Part shown: positions 62,101-64,000 of the stretch, piece by piece
Position numbering within the stretch: the first letter of the stretch is position 1
Layout of the letters: each line of letters starts with the position of its first letter
NCBI GenBank assembly: GCA_965645245.1
Contig: OZ287070.1
Span: 2,852,001 to 2,916,000 of the forward strand
Reading direction: 5' to 3'
Source: Massalongia carnosa
Lineage: Eukaryota
Length of the DNA stretch: 64,000 nucleotides
Translations under genes and position numbers: made by a program
Notes under the pieces: model-generated
The model's database searches: none
What the model saw: the letters and a program-made list of their open reading frames with translations, nothing else
What the model was told of the DNA's origin: nothing

Positions 62101-64000
62101 GGGGAACTACGGTCTTCGGGTCAGTAGGGGGACGGTCTTCTTTATTCAGCTGGTACTCGATGTCTTTCAATGAGATGGAAAATAATTCAACGTCCTTTTG
62201 TTTGGACAATAATCGGTACGCAGCGGCCCCTATCATCGCCATCTCTAGCGGCTTTTCCTCGGTAGTCGGTTTAACCTTGATTCCGGAGTCTGATAGTCCT
62301 TCTGATAGTCCCTTGTTCGACGTCGTCTTGGTTGAAATTGCCGGTTCTGGCCTGGTTTTTCCAGGTTCGTTTTGATTCATTCTGGTCAGGATTTTCATGG
62401 CTTTCTTCGGTTCAGCGGGTTCTTTTGTCGTCTTCGTTATCTTCTTTTCTGATGGTGGCTTCGATATACCCGAATGCGTGCAGTGTCCGGGCCAAAAGAC
62501 TATCTGGTCGGTGGCCATGTCTATGATCACCCCGTGCTTCCTCATCAATGGTTTTCCGAGAATCATCTTGTGTTGTCCGAGTTTGGTGATCAACAGGGGG
62601 GCGACCGTTTCCATATGGTCTTGCACGGTAAGAGTAGGATAGATGGCATGAGTAATGTCTTTACCTCTTTTACCATCGAACCCTTTCACCGGTTTCGGTC
62701 GTGTTAGTCTCTGAGGGGAAATCTGAAGCTTTTCGCAAACTTCACGCGCAGTCGTTTCATCAATGAATGCGTGTCCTGTTGCACCCGTGTCCAACAGTCC
62801 CATTACTTTTATTTCTTCGCTGTTACCTAGCCTACATTGTATGACTAGAGGTTCATCCGTAAACAAATCGCCTGGTAAACAGCTAGATGAAATCAACAAA
62901 GGTTCACCTCCATCCGCGCCTTCGGTGGAGGTCATTCTTTTCCCGAATTGGCTTCCTCAGCGATCTCCTGTATTCTCGCTGGCCGATTCTTCTTCTTTTC
63001 GCAGTCCCTAGATAAATGTCCCGTTTCCTTGCAAAAGAAACAACGACCTTCCCTTGTCAGTCGCTCCTTTTCCTCGTCTGACATGTAGTAAGTGGTCCTT
63101 GGTGTAGATGGGTTGGAGGTCGGGCGGGGCGGCACGTAGGTCTTGGTGGTGGCCGTCGTGGTTGTCCTTGTAGCGGAGGTGCTCGGGGTGCTCTGAGCCA
63201 TGCTAGCACGTTTCTCGGCGAACCGTTCCATGCTGGCCTTACTTCGGTCCGACTCCTTGAGGCTCTGGTAAAGGCGTTGACACTTCTGCGCGAATTCGTA
63301 TAGGTCGGTCGGTTCCAGGTCGCCGGTAGCCTATTGTCTGCTCATTTCCCAAGAGAGCTTATACTTCAATTCACCGATTAGCGTTTCCTCGTTATGGTCC
63401 AACTCAGCTGCTAGACGTTGGAACTCGGCCCAAAAGGTGTTGAAGTCCTTGCTTCCTTGTTTGAGCGATCGGAAATTGTTCATGGCGGTCCGCTTGCGGT
63501 TAGGGGCGCCGTATATGCGTTCTAATTGGTCGAACATTTCCTCGGCCGTCGTAAAGGGTCTGATGGCACCTTTCCGAAGTCGAGGTTCAAGGTGACCCAT
63601 AGCTTCGCCACCGACCCGGTTCTCCACGTATGCCTTCTTTAGGACTTCTGTCGGCATGTGGTCATCATTGGCCGCTAGTTTGCTCCGCATCTTCGTTAGC
63701 CAATGGTCAATGGAAATCTCTTTTCCATCGGTAAAGATGGGTGGGTCAGGGAGTTTCATGGACTTCTTCTTGTCCGTTCCATCGGTCACCTGGGTGCTGG
63801 GTGTGTGAGAAGGAGAGCGAGGGCGTGGTGGTTCTCGGGTTGGTTCCTTGGTGGCCTGACGCAGTGCCTCCCTGAGTTCCTCCTTCTGGTACTCCACAAT
63901 TCCCTCTAGCTGGTTTATCCTATCTCGAAAACATTCCATCTTTCCGACCGCGTTACCATGGCGGATGAGATTGTCGAGGTAGGTGGCCTTCAGATCCTGG
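59106..64000 (-). pseudogene. gag-pol: Gypsy-4 Gag-Pol, disrupted
   Basis: CFFCKETGHLSRDC, LLDTGAT, YLDD, IN, chromodomain EWELDDILDSR; stops at 63331 and 61196; frameshift near 60300. Confidence 0.93.

Larger units (their letters stand above)
52675..64000 (-). mobile_element. Ty3/Gypsy chromovirus (Gypsy-4); 3' LTR is 52675-52894 plus 58949-59009; 5' end beyond the window
   Basis: 281-bp TG...CA LTR split by Gypsy-3; PPT at 59010-59024; gag, PR, RT, RH, IN and chromodomain on the minus strand. Confidence 0.93.

Overview
A eukaryotic, almost certainly ascomycete-fungal, window made nearly entirely of nested transposable elements. No host housekeeping gene, RNA gene or CRISPR array was recognised. 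From left to right it holds: (1) a dead Helitron Rep/helicase gene cut by five LTR insertions, each with a 5-bp TSD; (2) two young Ty1/Copia elements; (3) four chromodomain Ty3/Gypsy elements and several solo LTRs; (4) two intact Fot1/pogo DD35D transposons, an intact DD37E Tc1-like element and a decayed DD34E Tc1; (5) two Mutator-like remnants and a truncated Tad1-type LINE; (6) an apparently intact 6.0-kb TIR element encoding an Academ-type transposase plus a RecQ-like helicase (AcademH-like). Removing the insertions between about 39.6 and 52.7 kb leaves three spliced genes that share a dispersed AACGAGCTC motif. The central gene looks like a tyrosine recombinase that has lost its middle, which makes this a candidate multi-gene YR mobile element. 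Three Gypsy elements show Tf1-type self-priming PBSs, and all four share a -1 frameshift hairpin with a conserved 8-nt loop. Family assignments come from motifs read by eye; no database search was run.
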